A DNA stretch of 64,000 nucleotides from a bacterium (GTDB taxonomy: Bacteria; Patescibacteriota; Minisyncoccia; Phycocordibacterales; JAKAEA01): positions 169,972 through 233,971 of the forward strand of contig JAKAEA010000001.1 in NCBI GenBank assembly GCA_021818465.1, written 5' to 3'. Within the stretch, counting starts at the first letter, position 1. Every line of letters begins with the position of its first letter. The notes beneath the pieces are model-generated. The model made no database searches. It saw nothing but the letters and a program-made list of their open reading frames with translations, and was not told the DNA's origin. A program made the translations under genes and the position numbers. Positions 18,588-28,894 of this stretch are shown here, one piece after another.

Positions 18588-20345
18588 ATGACCCTTCTTG
18601 AAGTTCTTGCTCAAAAAAATATTATCACCCAAAAGGATATGGTGCCGATCTATGATCAGGCAGAATCCGCGGGAGTTTCTGTGGAAGAAGTTTTGCAACG
18701 TCGCGGTATTAATCCAGAGGTAATTTTAAAAGCCAAGGGAGAGGCAGCCGGTTTACCGACGCGTGTAATTATTGCTGATGAAGTTCCTTACAGTATTTTG
18801 CAATATATTCCTGAAGAATCGGCGCGATACTATCATTTTGTGCCACTGGATGTTAAGGACGGTGTTTTGGAGGTTGGCATTGTTGATCCAGATAACCTTG
18901 AAGCGCGCGACGCTCTTAATTTTATTTCGGCAAAAATAAACCTTCCATACAAAATTTATCTCATATCCTCAACAGATTTTGATAAGGTTATTGGTGTATA
19001 TAAAGGTCTTTCGGGCGAAGTTAATCAGGCTCTATCTGATCTAGAAATCGAATTTTCCAAAGGTAAAGAAAAATCTCAAGGAGAAGAGGAGGGCGATACT
19101 GCTGAAGCTGATAAAAAAACGGGCAATAGAACCACTGACGAAAAAAACAAAGAAACAAAAATTGTTGAAGATGCGCCGGTAACAAAAATAGCAGCGACAA
19201 TCCTACGCTATGCCGTGGAAGGTGGTGCATCCGATATTCACATTGAACACATGCGAGAAAATATTCGCGTACGTTTTCGTGTGGACGGTGTGCTCAATAC
19301 TAGCTTGTTGTTGCCTGTATCTATTCACCCCATTCTCATCGCTCGCATAAAAATTCTTTCGAATATGCGTTTAGACGAAAAGCGCAAACCTCAAGACGGT
19401 CGTTTTTCTGCAAAAATTGACAGTCGCCGTATTGATTTTCGTGTTTCAACGCTTCCGACGTATTACGGTGAAAAAATCGTGATTCGTATTCTTGATCAGG
19501 AACGCGGCTTGCACAAATTGGAAGATGTCGGTCTCACCAAAGCAAATATGGATATGATTCACCGCGCACTCAAACGGCCGTATGGCATTATTCTTATTTC
19601 TGGTCCAACTGGTTCCGGTAAAACGACCACGCTCTATTCAATGCTCAATTTAATTGATAAAGAAAAGCAAAACGTTCTTTCTTTGGAGGATCCAATTGAA
19701 TATAACGTTGAGGGTGTTAATCAGTCTCAAGTGCGACCAGAAATCGGCTATACGTTTGCTAATGGTTTACGTACCACTTTGCGTCAAGATCCGAATGTTA
19801 TTTTGGTTGGTGAGATTCGTGATAAGGAAACTGCACAGCTGGCTATTCAAGCCGCACTTACTGGTCACTTGGTACTTTCTACCATTCACACCAACAACGC
19901 CGTCGGCATTGTACCGCGTCTTATTGATATGGGGGTTGATCCGTATCTTATTGCGCCGACGTTGGTGCTTGGTATTGCTCAGCGCCTGGTTGGTCTTCTG
20001 TGTGAAGGCAGTGGAAAAGATGTACCAGTTGATGGTAGCATCAAAAAAATTATTGAACGAGAATTCGAGGATTTATCTGAAGAGTTTCGCTCACAGATAA
20101 CGATACCGGGGACTATTAAGGAAATTGATCCTTCACCAACGTGTCCGGCTGGCACTCGCGGTCGCGTCGCTGTGTTTGAAATGTTTGAAATGGATAAAGA
20201 ACTGGAACAAATTATTCTGAGCAATGCTTCGGAGCTTGCCATCGGTAAACATTTGCGCGCTAAAGGTATGCTGACAATGCGCGAGGATGCCTTACTCAAA
20301 GTATTTGCTGGTAAAGTGCCCTTTGAAGAAGTGAATAAGTTATAA
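18588..20345 (+). CDS. pilB: type IV pilus assembly ATPase PilB (GspE family)
   Basis: Walker A GPTGSGKTTT, Asp box, Walker B and His box of secretion NTPases. C-terminal tetra-Cys-like region (CEGSG...CPAG). Confidence 0.9.
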   Translation: MTLLEVLAQKNIITQKDMVPIYDQAESAGVSVEEVLQRRGINPEVILKAKGEAAGLPTRVIIADEVPYSILQYIPEESARYYHFVPLDVKDGVLEVGIVDPDNLEARDALNFISAKINLPYKIYLISSTDFDKVIGVYKGLSGEVNQALSDLEIEFSKGKEKSQGEEEGDTAEADKKTGNRTTDEKNKETKIVEDAPVTKIAATILRYAVEGGASDIHIEHMRENIRVRFRVDGVLNTSLLLPVSIHPILIARIKILSNMRLDEKRKPQDGRFSAKIDSRRIDFRVSTLPTYYGEKIVIRILDQERGLHKLEDVGLTKANMDMIHRALKRPYGIILISGPTGSGKTTTLYSMLNLIDKEKQNVLSLEDPIEYNVEGVNQSQVRPEIGYTFANGLRTTLRQDPNVILVGEIRDKETAQLAIQAALTGHLVLSTIHTNNAVGIVPRLIDMGVDPYLIAPTLVLGIAQRLVGLLCEGSGKDVPVDGSIKKIIEREFEDLSEEFRSQITIPGTIKEIDPSPTCPAGTRGRVAVFEMFEMDKELEQIILSNASELAIGKHLRAKGMLTMREDALLKVFAGKVPFEEVNKL

Positions 20346-20391
20346 GAGAAGAATAGCGAGCATGGTATACTTTTAACAAGCCCTCGAGCGT

Positions 20392-20799
20392 ATGGAACAG
20401 CAAACTTCTCAAAATAAAACGCTAATGCTTGTCGATGACGATACTTTTCTGTTGAACATCTATGCTACACGGCTTACAAAAAGTGGTTTTATGGTTAATC
20501 AGTTTGCTGACCCAACCGTTGCTCTGGAAAAAATTCGCGGCGGTCTTAAGCCTGACATTTTGATTACTGACGTAGTGATGCCTTCCATGAACGGCTTAGA
20601 TATGTTGGAAAAAATTCGTACCGAAAAACTTTTACCACCGACAACTGCCGTAATTGTTTTGACTAATCAAAGCGATTCTGCGGAAAAAGAACGCGGCGTG
20701 TCACTCGGCGTCGATGGATATATTATTAAAGCAACCACTATTCCTTCAGAGGTCGTTGATACGGTGATTGCATTGAGTGCTAAACATACAACAACGTAA
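20392..20799 (+). CDS. single-domain response regulator receiver (CheY/PilH-like)
   Basis: MLVDDD...ILITDVVMPSMNGLDMLEKIR...GVDGYIIK. Phospho-acceptor Asp and the conserved Lys are present. No output domain. Confidence 0.75.
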   Translation: MEQQTSQNKTLMLVDDDTFLLNIYATRLTKSGFMVNQFADPTVALEKIRGGLKPDILITDVVMPSMNGLDMLEKIRTEKLLPPTTAVIVLTNQSDSAEKERGVSLGVDGYIIKATTIPSEVVDTVIALSAKHTTT

Positions 20800-20804
20800 C
20801 TACT

Positions 20805-21863
20805 ATGGCATCTGAACATCTCATTAAAGATTTAATTGCGGCAGTGGAGCAACAAAATGCTTCCGATCTACATCTAGGTGAAGGACGTGTGCCATCAGCA
20901 CGCATTTCCAGTTTACTCATTCCATTGGAAAAATTTGGCGTACTTTCGCGTGATGATTTAGGAACTATTTTGGAGGATATTTTACCAACAGGTAAAAAAG
21001 ACGAATTTTTAAAAAATAAGGAAGTTGATTTTTCGTATGCTACGCACAATATTCGTTTTCGTGGCAATGCTTTTTTTCAGCAAGGTCAAATTGGTATAGC
21101 TCTTCGTCTTATTCCCAAACATATTCGTACGCTCGAGGAGCTCCGGTTGCCAGGAATTTTAGAGACATTTACACGACGTACGCAAGGGTTTTTTCTCGTC
21201 GTTGGTCCAGTGGGGCAGGGAAAATCAACCACACTTGCTTCAATGGTTGAGCTCATTAATCAAGAACGTCCAGAACATATTTTAACTATTGAAGATCCAA
21301 TAGAATATCAGTACGAACCTAAAAAATCTATCATCGATCAGCGTGAGATTGGTATTGATACGAATGATTTTCACACGGCCCTTGTGTCTATGGTGCGTCA
21401 GGATATCAATGTTGTGTTACTTGGTGAAATGCGCGATCCAGAAACGATATCCGCAGCTGTCACTGCTGCTGAAACTGGACACCTTGTTTTTTCCACGTTG
21501 CATACCAACAATGCGCCGCAAACTATCGATCGTATTATTGACTCATTTCCTTCTAGTCAGCAGCCGCAGATTCGCACACAGCTATCGAGTTCGCTTTCTG
21601 GGATTTTCTCGCAGCGTTTGATTCCGCGTATTGCCGGTGGTGTCGTGCCAGCGTATGAATTACTCATTACCAATACTGCTGTGTCCAATCTTATTCGCGA
21701 AAGTCGCACGCATGAGATTCCCTCAGTTATCGAAACGGGTTCACAAGACGGTATGATTGATTTCAATCGTTCGCTTGCCGATTTGGTGCGAGCGGGAGAA
21801 ATTACGGTTGAGAACGCCTATCACCACTCTCTCAATCCTAAGATTTTGGAAAAATTACTCTAA
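20805..21863 (+). CDS. pilT: twitching-motility (retraction) ATPase PilT
   Basis: Walker A GPVGQGKSTT, PilT-type His box and AIRNLIRE-like motif (AVSNLIRE). Confidence 0.9.
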   Translation: MASEHLIKDLIAAVEQQNASDLHLGEGRVPSARISSLLIPLEKFGVLSRDDLGTILEDILPTGKKDEFLKNKEVDFSYATHNIRFRGNAFFQQGQIGIALRLIPKHIRTLEELRLPGILETFTRRTQGFFLVVGPVGQGKSTTLASMVELINQERPEHILTIEDPIEYQYEPKKSIIDQREIGIDTNDFHTALVSMVRQDINVVLLGEMRDPETISAAVTAAETGHLVFSTLHTNNAPQTIDRIIDSFPSSQQPQIRTQLSSSLSGIFSQRLIPRIAGGVVPAYELLITNTAVSNLIRESRTHEIPSVIETGSQDGMIDFNRSLADLVRAGEITVENAYHHSLNPKILEKLL

Positions 21864-21882
21864 ATATTTATTATTGTCATTT

Positions 21883-23094
21883 ATGCTTTTTTCTTATAAA
21901 GCCCTTGATACGAGTGGCGCGAATCGTGAAGGTAGTATTGAAGCTATTAATCAAGACGTGGCTATTGCTTCATTGCAGCGTCGCGGTCTCGTTATTGTTT
22001 CTATAAAATCATCCGAAGATGGTTCACTCATTGCGCGTCTCAATAAGATTACCTTCTTTAGCAGTGTAAAAAATAAAGATATCGTCGTGCTTTCTCGTCA
22101 GATGGCCGTGCTTTTTGATGCTCAAGTGCCAGCTTTGCGTATTTTCGGTCTTTTGGCAGCTGAATCAGAAAATCCGGCATTACGCAAAGTACTCAGTCAA
22201 ATTTTCGATGACATTCAGGGTGGCAGCTCTATTTCAAAAGCTTTAGAGCGTCATCCACGGGTTTTCTCATCATTCTATGTCAATGTGGTTAAAGCGGGTG
22301 AAGAATCAGGTAAACTTCAAGATTCGTTACTCTACTTGGCTGATTATCTCGATCGCAACTATGCGATAACATCTAAAGCTCGCAACGCTCTTATCTATCC
22401 TGCTTTTGTTATTGCTACGTTCATCGCTGTTATGATTCTTATCTTCATTTACGTTATTCCAGAAATCAGCGCTATTATCAAATCATCTGGCGCGTCTATT
22501 CCTATTTATACCACGATAGTTATAGATATTTCCGCGTTTCTTGTGAGCTACGGTATTTATGTTGGCATCGCAGCAATCATCGCTATTGGTGTTGGTATCT
22601 GGTATGTTCGTACCCCCGATGGTAAAGCGCAGTTTGATGAGCTTAAAGTTTCTATACCACCTATTAGTGGTTTATTTCGCAAACTTTATCTTGCTCGTAT
22701 GGCCGACAACTTGTACACCATGCTCGTCTCTGGTATCACGACACTGAAAGCTTTAGAAATCACCGCGGCAGTGGTGGATAATGAGGTTTATAAGAGAATT
22801 ATTTTGGAAAGTGTCGAGCAGGTAAAGGCCGGTAAAGCTCTTTCCGATTCTCTTTCAACGCACCGAGAAATTCCCAGTATTATGGTGCAAATGGTTAAGG
22901 TGGGTGAAGAAACTGGCCAGCTCGGTCCTATTTTGAAAACGCTCGCTCGCTACTACGATCGAGAAGTTGATCAAGCTGTCGATACATTAGTGGATATGAT
23001 TGAGCCAGTTATGATTGTTGTGCTTGGTGTGGGTGTCGGATTCCTCATGGCTTCCGTTCTCGTGCCTATCTACAATCTCGCTGGTAGTTTGTAA
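21883..23094 (+). CDS. pilC: type IV pilus inner-membrane platform protein PilC (GspF family)
   Basis: Two GspF repeats, each with three TM segments. ATG at 21883 chosen, just after the pilT stop. Confidence 0.85.
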   Translation: MLFSYKALDTSGANREGSIEAINQDVAIASLQRRGLVIVSIKSSEDGSLIARLNKITFFSSVKNKDIVVLSRQMAVLFDAQVPALRIFGLLAAESENPALRKVLSQIFDDIQGGSSISKALERHPRVFSSFYVNVVKAGEESGKLQDSLLYLADYLDRNYAITSKARNALIYPAFVIATFIAVMILIFIYVIPEISAIIKSSGASIPIYTTIVIDISAFLVSYGIYVGIAAIIAIGVGIWYVRTPDGKAQFDELKVSIPPISGLFRKLYLARMADNLYTMLVSGITTLKALEITAAVVDNEVYKRIILESVEQVKAGKALSDSLSTHREIPSIMVQMVKVGEETGQLGPILKTLARYYDREVDQAVDTLVDMIEPVMIVVLGVGVGFLMASVLVPIYNLAGSL

Positions 23095-23147
23095 AAGGTA
23101 TATATTTTTTGATAGTGAATGTGATAGTATGTTGATACTTTACACGT

Positions 23148-24239
23148 ATGGATAATACGATTTCTGTCATCGTTCCTGTTTTTAATGAAAAGAAAACACT
23201 TCAAGAAGTTATACAACGTATATACGCAGCTGATTTCGGTACGTGGAATAAGGAAATTATTGTTGTTGATGATGGCTCTACAGACGGAACAGCCGATATT
23301 GTACGTGGCCTTCCTGAGTCGGTTATAAAAATAATTTTACCGGTAAATTCTGGTAAGGGTTCTGCTGTAAAAGCTGGTTTAGTGAAAGCAAATGGATCGT
23401 ATTGTGTGATTCAAGATGCAGATCTTGAATATCATCCCGATGATATTCAAAATTTATTGAAAAAGATTAAAAATAAAGATACGGATGTAATTTATGGTTC
23501 ACGTAATATTGCATCAGGTACTCGACATGGAAGCTTGATTCCGAGAATTGGTGTTTTTTTTATTACAAAACTTACCAATGCTTTATTCCAACTTACATTA
23601 ACGGATATTTGGACATGTTATAAACTTTTTCCTAAACGTGCGGCGCGTTTTTTTACATCTGGCAGATTTGAAAGTGAAATTGCATTCACCATAGCTTTAG
23701 CAAATAACGGCTTTCTATTTTCTGAAACGGCTATAACCTATACTCCGCGAGATAAACAGCAGGGTAAAAAAATAAAATACAGAGACGGTATACTGGCTAT
23801 TTTTGTAGTTCTTAAAACATATCTTTTGACGCGCGGCAGAATACTTCGTTATATTATGGCCGGATGTACTGGGATAACAATTAATATTGGTATATATACC
23901 TTACTTCTCACGTTTGGTTTTTGGTATGTTACTGCCGCGACCATTGCTTTTTCTATAGCGACAATTGTCAGTTTTTTACTTCAAAAATATTGGACATTTG
24001 GTAATCGACAACATGGTAAAAAAGTAACTATACAATTTGGACTGCACGTTACAGTTGTTGTTTTTAATATTATTGCCAACAGTTTTTTTGTATTTGTTTT
24101 TGTTGATACATTAGCAGTCAATAAAATTTTGAGCGAAGCGCTTTCTAGTTTTATTATAGCTATTTGGAGTTATTTTGCTTATAAATTTATATTTCATCAT
24201 CTTAAAATAAAAGGGGAGATTGTAGAAAAAAACGGATAG
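23148..24239 (+). CDS. GT2-family glycosyltransferase fused to a GtrA-like 4-TM domain (polyprenyl-phosphate sugar synthase-like)
   Basis: N-terminal VIVPVFNEKKTL...VVDDGSTDGT and a DAD motif, characteristic of the GT-A fold. C-terminal four TM helices characteristic of GtrA. Confidence 0.7.
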   Translation: MDNTISVIVPVFNEKKTLQEVIQRIYAADFGTWNKEIIVVDDGSTDGTADIVRGLPESVIKIILPVNSGKGSAVKAGLVKANGSYCVIQDADLEYHPDDIQNLLKKIKNKDTDVIYGSRNIASGTRHGSLIPRIGVFFITKLTNALFQLTLTDIWTCYKLFPKRAARFFTSGRFESEIAFTIALANNGFLFSETAITYTPRDKQQGKKIKYRDGILAIFVVLKTYLLTRGRILRYIMAGCTGITINIGIYTLLLTFGFWYVTAATIAFSIATIVSFLLQKYWTFGNRQHGKKVTIQFGLHVTVVVFNIIANSFFVFVFVDTLAVNKILSEALSSFIIAIWSYFAYKFIFHHLKIKGEIVEKNG

Positions 24240-24390
24240 TATGGATGCTGCGGTATAAATTAACTTATCCACAACTAGCTTGCGCAATAAATGCATTTAT
24301 TGCGTATAATAGTAACTACATCAGGCAGGTTACCGCGCGCGTCGGCACCGTAACAGGCCAGGATTTAAAAGTCAGATTAATTATTTTTAA

Positions 24391-24858
24391 ATGAAAACAT
24401 TAAAATCGAAAGGTTTCACCCTTATCGAACTCTTGGTGGTCATCGCCATCATTGGCATCCTGGCCGCCATTGTTCTTGCCTCGCTCAGTACTGCACGTTC
24501 CAAGGCACAAGACGCAAAAATAACTTCGCAGCTTGCAAGTATGCGTAGTGCTGCAGAAATATCATACAGTAACCACGGGGATACTTATGCCGATAATGCT
24601 ACTAATAGTGGTTGTACCGCTCTACCATTCAATGATACGACTTCTGGTATGCAAGGTTTAGTAAATAACACAAACTCTGCCGCTGGTGGATCTGAGTCGT
24701 GTGCGGCAAATAACACCGCTTGGGTGGCAGCCGCACAGTTGTCAAATAACACAGCTTGGTGTGTTGATTCCACAGGCGCTTCAACGGATATTTCCAATGC
24801 TACTGCTCCCGCTAATTCTTACTTGAACTATAACGCTACTACTTTGTCTTGTCAGTAG
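24391..24858 (+). CDS. pilA: type IV major pilin (prepilin with class III signal peptide)
   Basis: MKTLKSKG|FTLIELLVVIAIIGILAAIV has the N-methyl-Phe motif and Glu5. Cys pairs in the C-terminal region. Followed by a very strong terminator. Confidence 0.8.
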   Translation: MKTLKSKGFTLIELLVVIAIIGILAAIVLASLSTARSKAQDAKITSQLASMRSAAEISYSNHGDTYADNATNSGCTALPFNDTTSGMQGLVNNTNSAAGGSESCAANNTAWVAAAQLSNNTAWCVDSTGASTDISNATAPANSYLNYNATTLSCQ

Positions 24859-24866
24859 AACTTCTT

Positions 24867-24916
24867 GCCCAAAAGAAAAACCACCTCTTAGTAGGTGGTT
24901 TTTCTTTTGGGCAAAT
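24867..24916 (+). terminator. strong rho-independent terminator after the pilin gene
   Basis: Perfect 20-bp arms gcccaaaagaaaaaccacct / aggtggtttttcttttgggc, loop cttagt, with embedded T-runs. Confidence 0.75.
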
Positions 24917-24961
24917 GGTACATTTATAGGGAAAATTTTTTAATAACATTTTAAATAATTT

Positions 24962-26716
24962 ATGAGCGCACTACAGAGATCCTACTATTGGTGGAAGAAA
25001 ACAATAAGTGCTTTTTATATTTCTCTCAATAATTATCTTGTATCACGAATGTGGCTCAGTACGCTTTTAGTGTTTACATTTTTCTTTCTGATTTTTTTAT
25101 GGACATATTTTACAGTATCAACCGTCTCATCTCCTGATGATCAATGGTTTCACTTCCGGTTTGCACAATCAATGCTCAAAAATGGCATTCTCGGTTCGTT
25201 TTGGCATTTCAAATCCATTTACTTTTCTAAAATGGCTAGTGATCAATATTTTGTTTATTATAATTTTTTATCATACCTATTTGTTATTCCCTTCACGTTC
25301 ATCCACCCGTTATTTTTGGGAATGAAATTGTTTGCGGTTGTTGTTGCTAGTTTTATTTTTACCGTTTTTTATTGGTGTGCAAAACGTCTCGGGGTTCGGT
25401 ATGCATTTCTAGGGGTTCTAGCAATTTTTGCTATTGTTAATTACGCTTCTATTTGGCGTTATTTTTTGTCGCGACCATATACTGTAGCTCCCGCTCTTTT
25501 GCTGTTTCTGATTTATTTTCTAAGCAGACGAATGTACGTTGCTCAATTTATTATTAGTTTTCTGTATCTGTATTGGCATTGTTCTACCTTCTTCTTTCCG
25601 CTTATAGTTGTTGGATGCTTCTTTTTGTTCGAAGGATTGTATAGAAACAAAGTTGACTGGAATAGTGTTTTTGCTGTTTTTGGTGGTGTCGTTACAGCTA
25701 TAGGAGTTTCATATTTACTAGCACCTGGATTTCTTTATTTTGTAAAGGACACAGAAATTGGTATTTATTGGCAAACTATTATAGGTATTGGAAAGAAGGT
25801 GCCGCTTCCAGAAGGAGCTGAGTTGTATCCGGTTAATTTCTTTAACTATCTACAGCAAAATACTCTTCTTATATCAGGATTGCTTATCGGTATTGTGGTA
25901 GAAATCAGAAAATATTTTGTATTTCGAGAACAAAGAAAAAATGGATATTTTGCTGATAGTCTGGTTGTTACTAATGAGGTTCGATTAGCCATATTACGAG
26001 CGTCGCTTTTTCTTCTTTCTATTGGTTTCTTTCTTGGTGTAATAACAATTAGTCTTCGTTTTGCTGACTTCTTTATATTTTTTGCCGGTTTCTATTTAAT
26101 TCTATTGTTTGGGGAAATTCTAAATGATATCCAGCTGAAAACGATCTATATTAAACAGAGTCTAATTATCGGTTTGTTTATTGTAATAGGATATCTATTT
26201 GTTTCTAATATCCTTTTACTGCAAGAACAGTTTGCAAACGCAGGTGTTGCTCCGTATACAATGCAAACAATAGGTAATTGGTTAGCGACCAATACGCAAA
26301 AGGGAGATGTTGTATTTAATGCTAACTGGAGCTGGTTTACGCAGCTATATTATTGGAGCCCTGATAATAATTATGTGATAGGACTTGAGCCGAGATTTTT
26401 GTATGATTATAATCATCCATTATATTGGAAATGGTGGCATATTACTGCTGATGGATATGTATGTGATACTGAAAATTGTTCTGCACAAGTGGCAGCGCAA
26501 AAGAAAGCCGTTTTAACCCAAAGCGATCTCAAGGATTGGGAACAAACAGAAGGAAATTTAGTTGCCACAACAATACTTAACGATTTTCATTCAAAATATA
26601 TAGTGACTGCTCAGGGTTTGTATCCAGGCCTTGATATACTTCTTGAAAATAATAACCATTTTAAATTAGCTGTTAAAGATATTCATGGATATGAGGTTTA
26701 TAAAGTGATACCGTAA
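24962..26716 (+). CDS. polytopic membrane protein, GT-C-like glycosyltransferase candidate (PMT/ArnT-like)
   Basis: 584 aa with at least 11 predicted TM helices. DD motif in the first extracytoplasmic loop (SSPDDQWFHF). Large C-terminal soluble domain. Confidence 0.45.
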   Translation: MSALQRSYYWWKKTISAFYISLNNYLVSRMWLSTLLVFTFFFLIFLWTYFTVSTVSSPDDQWFHFRFAQSMLKNGILGSFWHFKSIYFSKMASDQYFVYYNFLSYLFVIPFTFIHPLFLGMKLFAVVVASFIFTVFYWCAKRLGVRYAFLGVLAIFAIVNYASIWRYFLSRPYTVAPALLLFLIYFLSRRMYVAQFIISFLYLYWHCSTFFFPLIVVGCFFLFEGLYRNKVDWNSVFAVFGGVVTAIGVSYLLAPGFLYFVKDTEIGIYWQTIIGIGKKVPLPEGAELYPVNFFNYLQQNTLLISGLLIGIVVEIRKYFVFREQRKNGYFADSLVVTNEVRLAILRASLFLLSIGFFLGVITISLRFADFFIFFAGFYLILLFGEILNDIQLKTIYIKQSLIIGLFIVIGYLFVSNILLLQEQFANAGVAPYTMQTIGNWLATNTQKGDVVFNANWSWFTQLYYWSPDNNYVIGLEPRFLYDYNHPLYWKWWHITADGYVCDTENCSAQVAAQKKAVLTQSDLKDWEQTEGNLVATTILNDFHSKYIVTAQGLYPGLDILLENNNHFKLAVKDIHGYEVYKVIP

Positions 26717-26721
26717 AAAAC

Positions 26722-26750
26722 ACAATCCCCACCTCGGGGATTTTGTTTTG
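26722..26750 (+). terminator. rho-independent terminator
   Basis: caatcccc-acctc-ggggatt followed by ttgtttt. Confidence 0.55.
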
Positions 26751-26774
26751 GCGTAGGTGGCGTACAATGAAGTC

Positions 26775-27374
26775 ATGCATCGTCGCGGCTTTACGCTCAT
26801 TGAGTTAGTTATCGTTATTGCTATCATTGCCATTTTGGCGGGATTTATTTTGGCGAGCTATGGGCCGGCCAAGCAAAAAGGGCAGGACACAGAGCGTGTC
26901 TCTGATATTGCTCAACTGCAAACAGCCCTAGAATCTTATTTCGAAGATCCAATAAACGGGAGCCAATACCCGCCGACGACAGTGCAAACAAATGCCCAGG
27001 GCAAGATAGTGAATCCGTGTCAGCCAGCTAATACTACTGGTAATAATTCAAAAACTTCCGGACTGGGGTGTTTACCACTTGGCGGGTATATATCATCGCT
27101 GCCGACTGATCCGGTGACTGGGGCTTCTTTTGATTACTACAGCTGTGATAGCGGCAGTTGTTTGAGTGCTGATTTGAATAATGCTCCCTATAAAGCCTAC
27201 TGCATTGGTGCGAATCTTGCTGACCCTAATGCTGCGGGCAACGCCGAGCAAAGCGCTCAAGCAAGTTGCGTGGGTGTGACGTGGTGTCCCTATCTTGGGT
27301 CGTATGCAGGAAATTTTTGGACGAGCCAGGACACATCGCCGCGATCCGACAACTACGTCGTCTGTCGGCAATAA
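26775..27374 (+). CDS. pilin-like protein with prepilin-type N-terminal cleavage/methylation motif
   Basis: MHRRG|FTLIELVIVIAIIAILAGFILA. ATG at 26775 gives a canonical short leader; the GTG at 26757 was rejected. Cys-rich C-terminal domain. Confidence 0.75.
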   Translation: MHRRGFTLIELVIVIAIIAILAGFILASYGPAKQKGQDTERVSDIAQLQTALESYFEDPINGSQYPPTTVQTNAQGKIVNPCQPANTTGNNSKTSGLGCLPLGGYISSLPTDPVTGASFDYYSCDSGSCLSADLNNAPYKAYCIGANLADPNAAGNAEQSAQASCVGVTWCPYLGSYAGNFWTSQDTSPRSDNYVVCRQ

Positions 27375-27416
27375 GAACGGCGGGGAAGTTGAATTTGCTA
27401 TAATGCTAAAGTTGCT

Positions 27417-28193
27417 ATGGTTTTTATTTTTTCCATCATTGTTGCGTTTGTGCTCGGTACGATTATTGGCAGTTTCTTGAATGTTGTTATTTTACGTTGG
27501 AATACAGGAGCGTCTATTGCGGTGGATCGCTCGCGTTGTTTTTCCTGCGGTCGAACACTGCGCTGGTATGAACTCATTCCGGTCGTGAGCTTTCTTGTGC
27601 AAGGTGGACGTTGTCGTAGTTGTGGCAGCCGCTTGAGTTGGCAATATCCGTTGGTAGAAATGGGAACGGGCGTGCTCTTTGCGCTCGTGGTGTGGCTATT
27701 TCCGCCGCTCTCATCTCTGGGTGCACTCGCAGACGCGCTTTATTTTGCAATTGTAAGTGTGTTAATGGTGATTGTGGTCTACGATCTGCGTCATAAAATC
27801 ATCCCCGATATTTTTTCCTACTTTTTTGCGTTTCTCGCTATGGTGTTGATTATGTTGCATGCCAGCGTCGGTATATTCGATTGGTGGACATTGGCTGCTG
27901 GGCCGCTGTTAGCTCTACCACTTTTCTTACTTTGGCTGGTTTCTGGCGGTCGTTGGATGGGTTTGGGTGACGCGAAGCTCACGCTCGGTATTGGCTGGAT
28001 GCTTGGTCTTAATGCTGGTGGTGCGGCGCTCGTTATGGCTTTTTGGATCGGCGCTATCGTGGGCATCGCGCTTATTATTGTGCACCGTATGCGTCTAAAA
28101 AGTGAGGTGCCATTTGCTCCATTTCTTATTGCTGGAACACTCATTGTATTTTTCACCGGCCTAACGTTTACTAGTCTTGCTCTGTTTCTATAA
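27417..28193 (+). CDS. pilD: prepilin peptidase PilD (A24 family)
   Basis: N-terminal tetra-Cys (CFSCG...CRSCG) and catalytic Asp residues within TM helices. Confidence 0.85.
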   Translation: MVFIFSIIVAFVLGTIIGSFLNVVILRWNTGASIAVDRSRCFSCGRTLRWYELIPVVSFLVQGGRCRSCGSRLSWQYPLVEMGTGVLFALVVWLFPPLSSLGALADALYFAIVSVLMVIVVYDLRHKIIPDIFSYFFAFLAMVLIMLHASVGIFDWWTLAAGPLLALPLFLLWLVSGGRWMGLGDAKLTLGIGWMLGLNAGGAALVMAFWIGAIVGIALIIVHRMRLKSEVPFAPFLIAGTLIVFFTGLTFTSLALFL

Positions 28194-28198
28194 GGTTT

Positions 28199-28882
28199 AT
28201 GAGTTTTTTAAAAAAAAAACATACCGCTATTGCCGGCTTTACGCTCGTTGAACTTATGGTGGCTATTGGTATTTATATTTTGATGGCAGCACTTCTGTTT
28301 GCTAATCAAAACAAGTTTAACAGCAGCTTAGCGTTCTCTAATCTTGGTTATGACATAGCGCTTACTATTCGCCAAGCACAAACGTACGGCTTCGCCGTAC
28401 GCGGCGAAAATTCTGGAAGCACTGTTGCGTTCACGAATGCATTCGGTGTGCATTTTCAGGGTGATAGTCCTTCAAAATTTCAGCTTTTTTATGAGCCGAT
28501 TCAGGGTTTGCTCGGTGCTACTAATCCAACACCGCAGCCCTATGATCAAAGTTCAAATACGACTGTTCTTTCTACATATAATCTTCAGAATAATTACACC
28601 ATTTCAGCGCTGTGCTACAACCCCAATAATAAATGCGGTCAAACAACAGATATTTCTTCGGGTACATGCGACCCTGTTTCTACTAGTGGTAGCTCGGCAA
28701 AATACTTAGATATTATTTTTCAACGGCCCAATCTCAATGCGTTTATGTTTAATAGTGCCGGACCCATTTCTCAACAAGTAGCTATTGAATTGGAGTCGCC
28801 GCAGGGAGAGAAAGAGTGTGTCAGTGTATTTGCGAGCGGCGATATTGAAGTAGGTACTAGTACGGCCCCAAGCCCATCATAA
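28199..28882 (+). CDS. pilin-like protein / minor pilin (prepilin N-terminal motif)
   Basis: AG|FTLVELMVAIGIYILMAALL. Confidence 0.7.
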   Translation: MSFLKKKHTAIAGFTLVELMVAIGIYILMAALLFANQNKFNSSLAFSNLGYDIALTIRQAQTYGFAVRGENSGSTVAFTNAFGVHFQGDSPSKFQLFYEPIQGLLGATNPTPQPYDQSSNTTVLSTYNLQNNYTISALCYNPNNKCGQTTDISSGTCDPVSTSGSSAKYLDIIFQRPNLNAFMFNSAGPISQQVAIELESPQGEKECVSVFASGDIEVGTSTAPSPS

Positions 28883-28894
28883 GTACGTGGTACT

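Noticed and set aside
21757-21882. N-terminal extension of the pilC ORF overlapping the pilT 3' end
   Set aside because: PilC homology begins at the Met at 21883, right after the pilT stop. The extension lies in a different frame from pilT and is unconserved.
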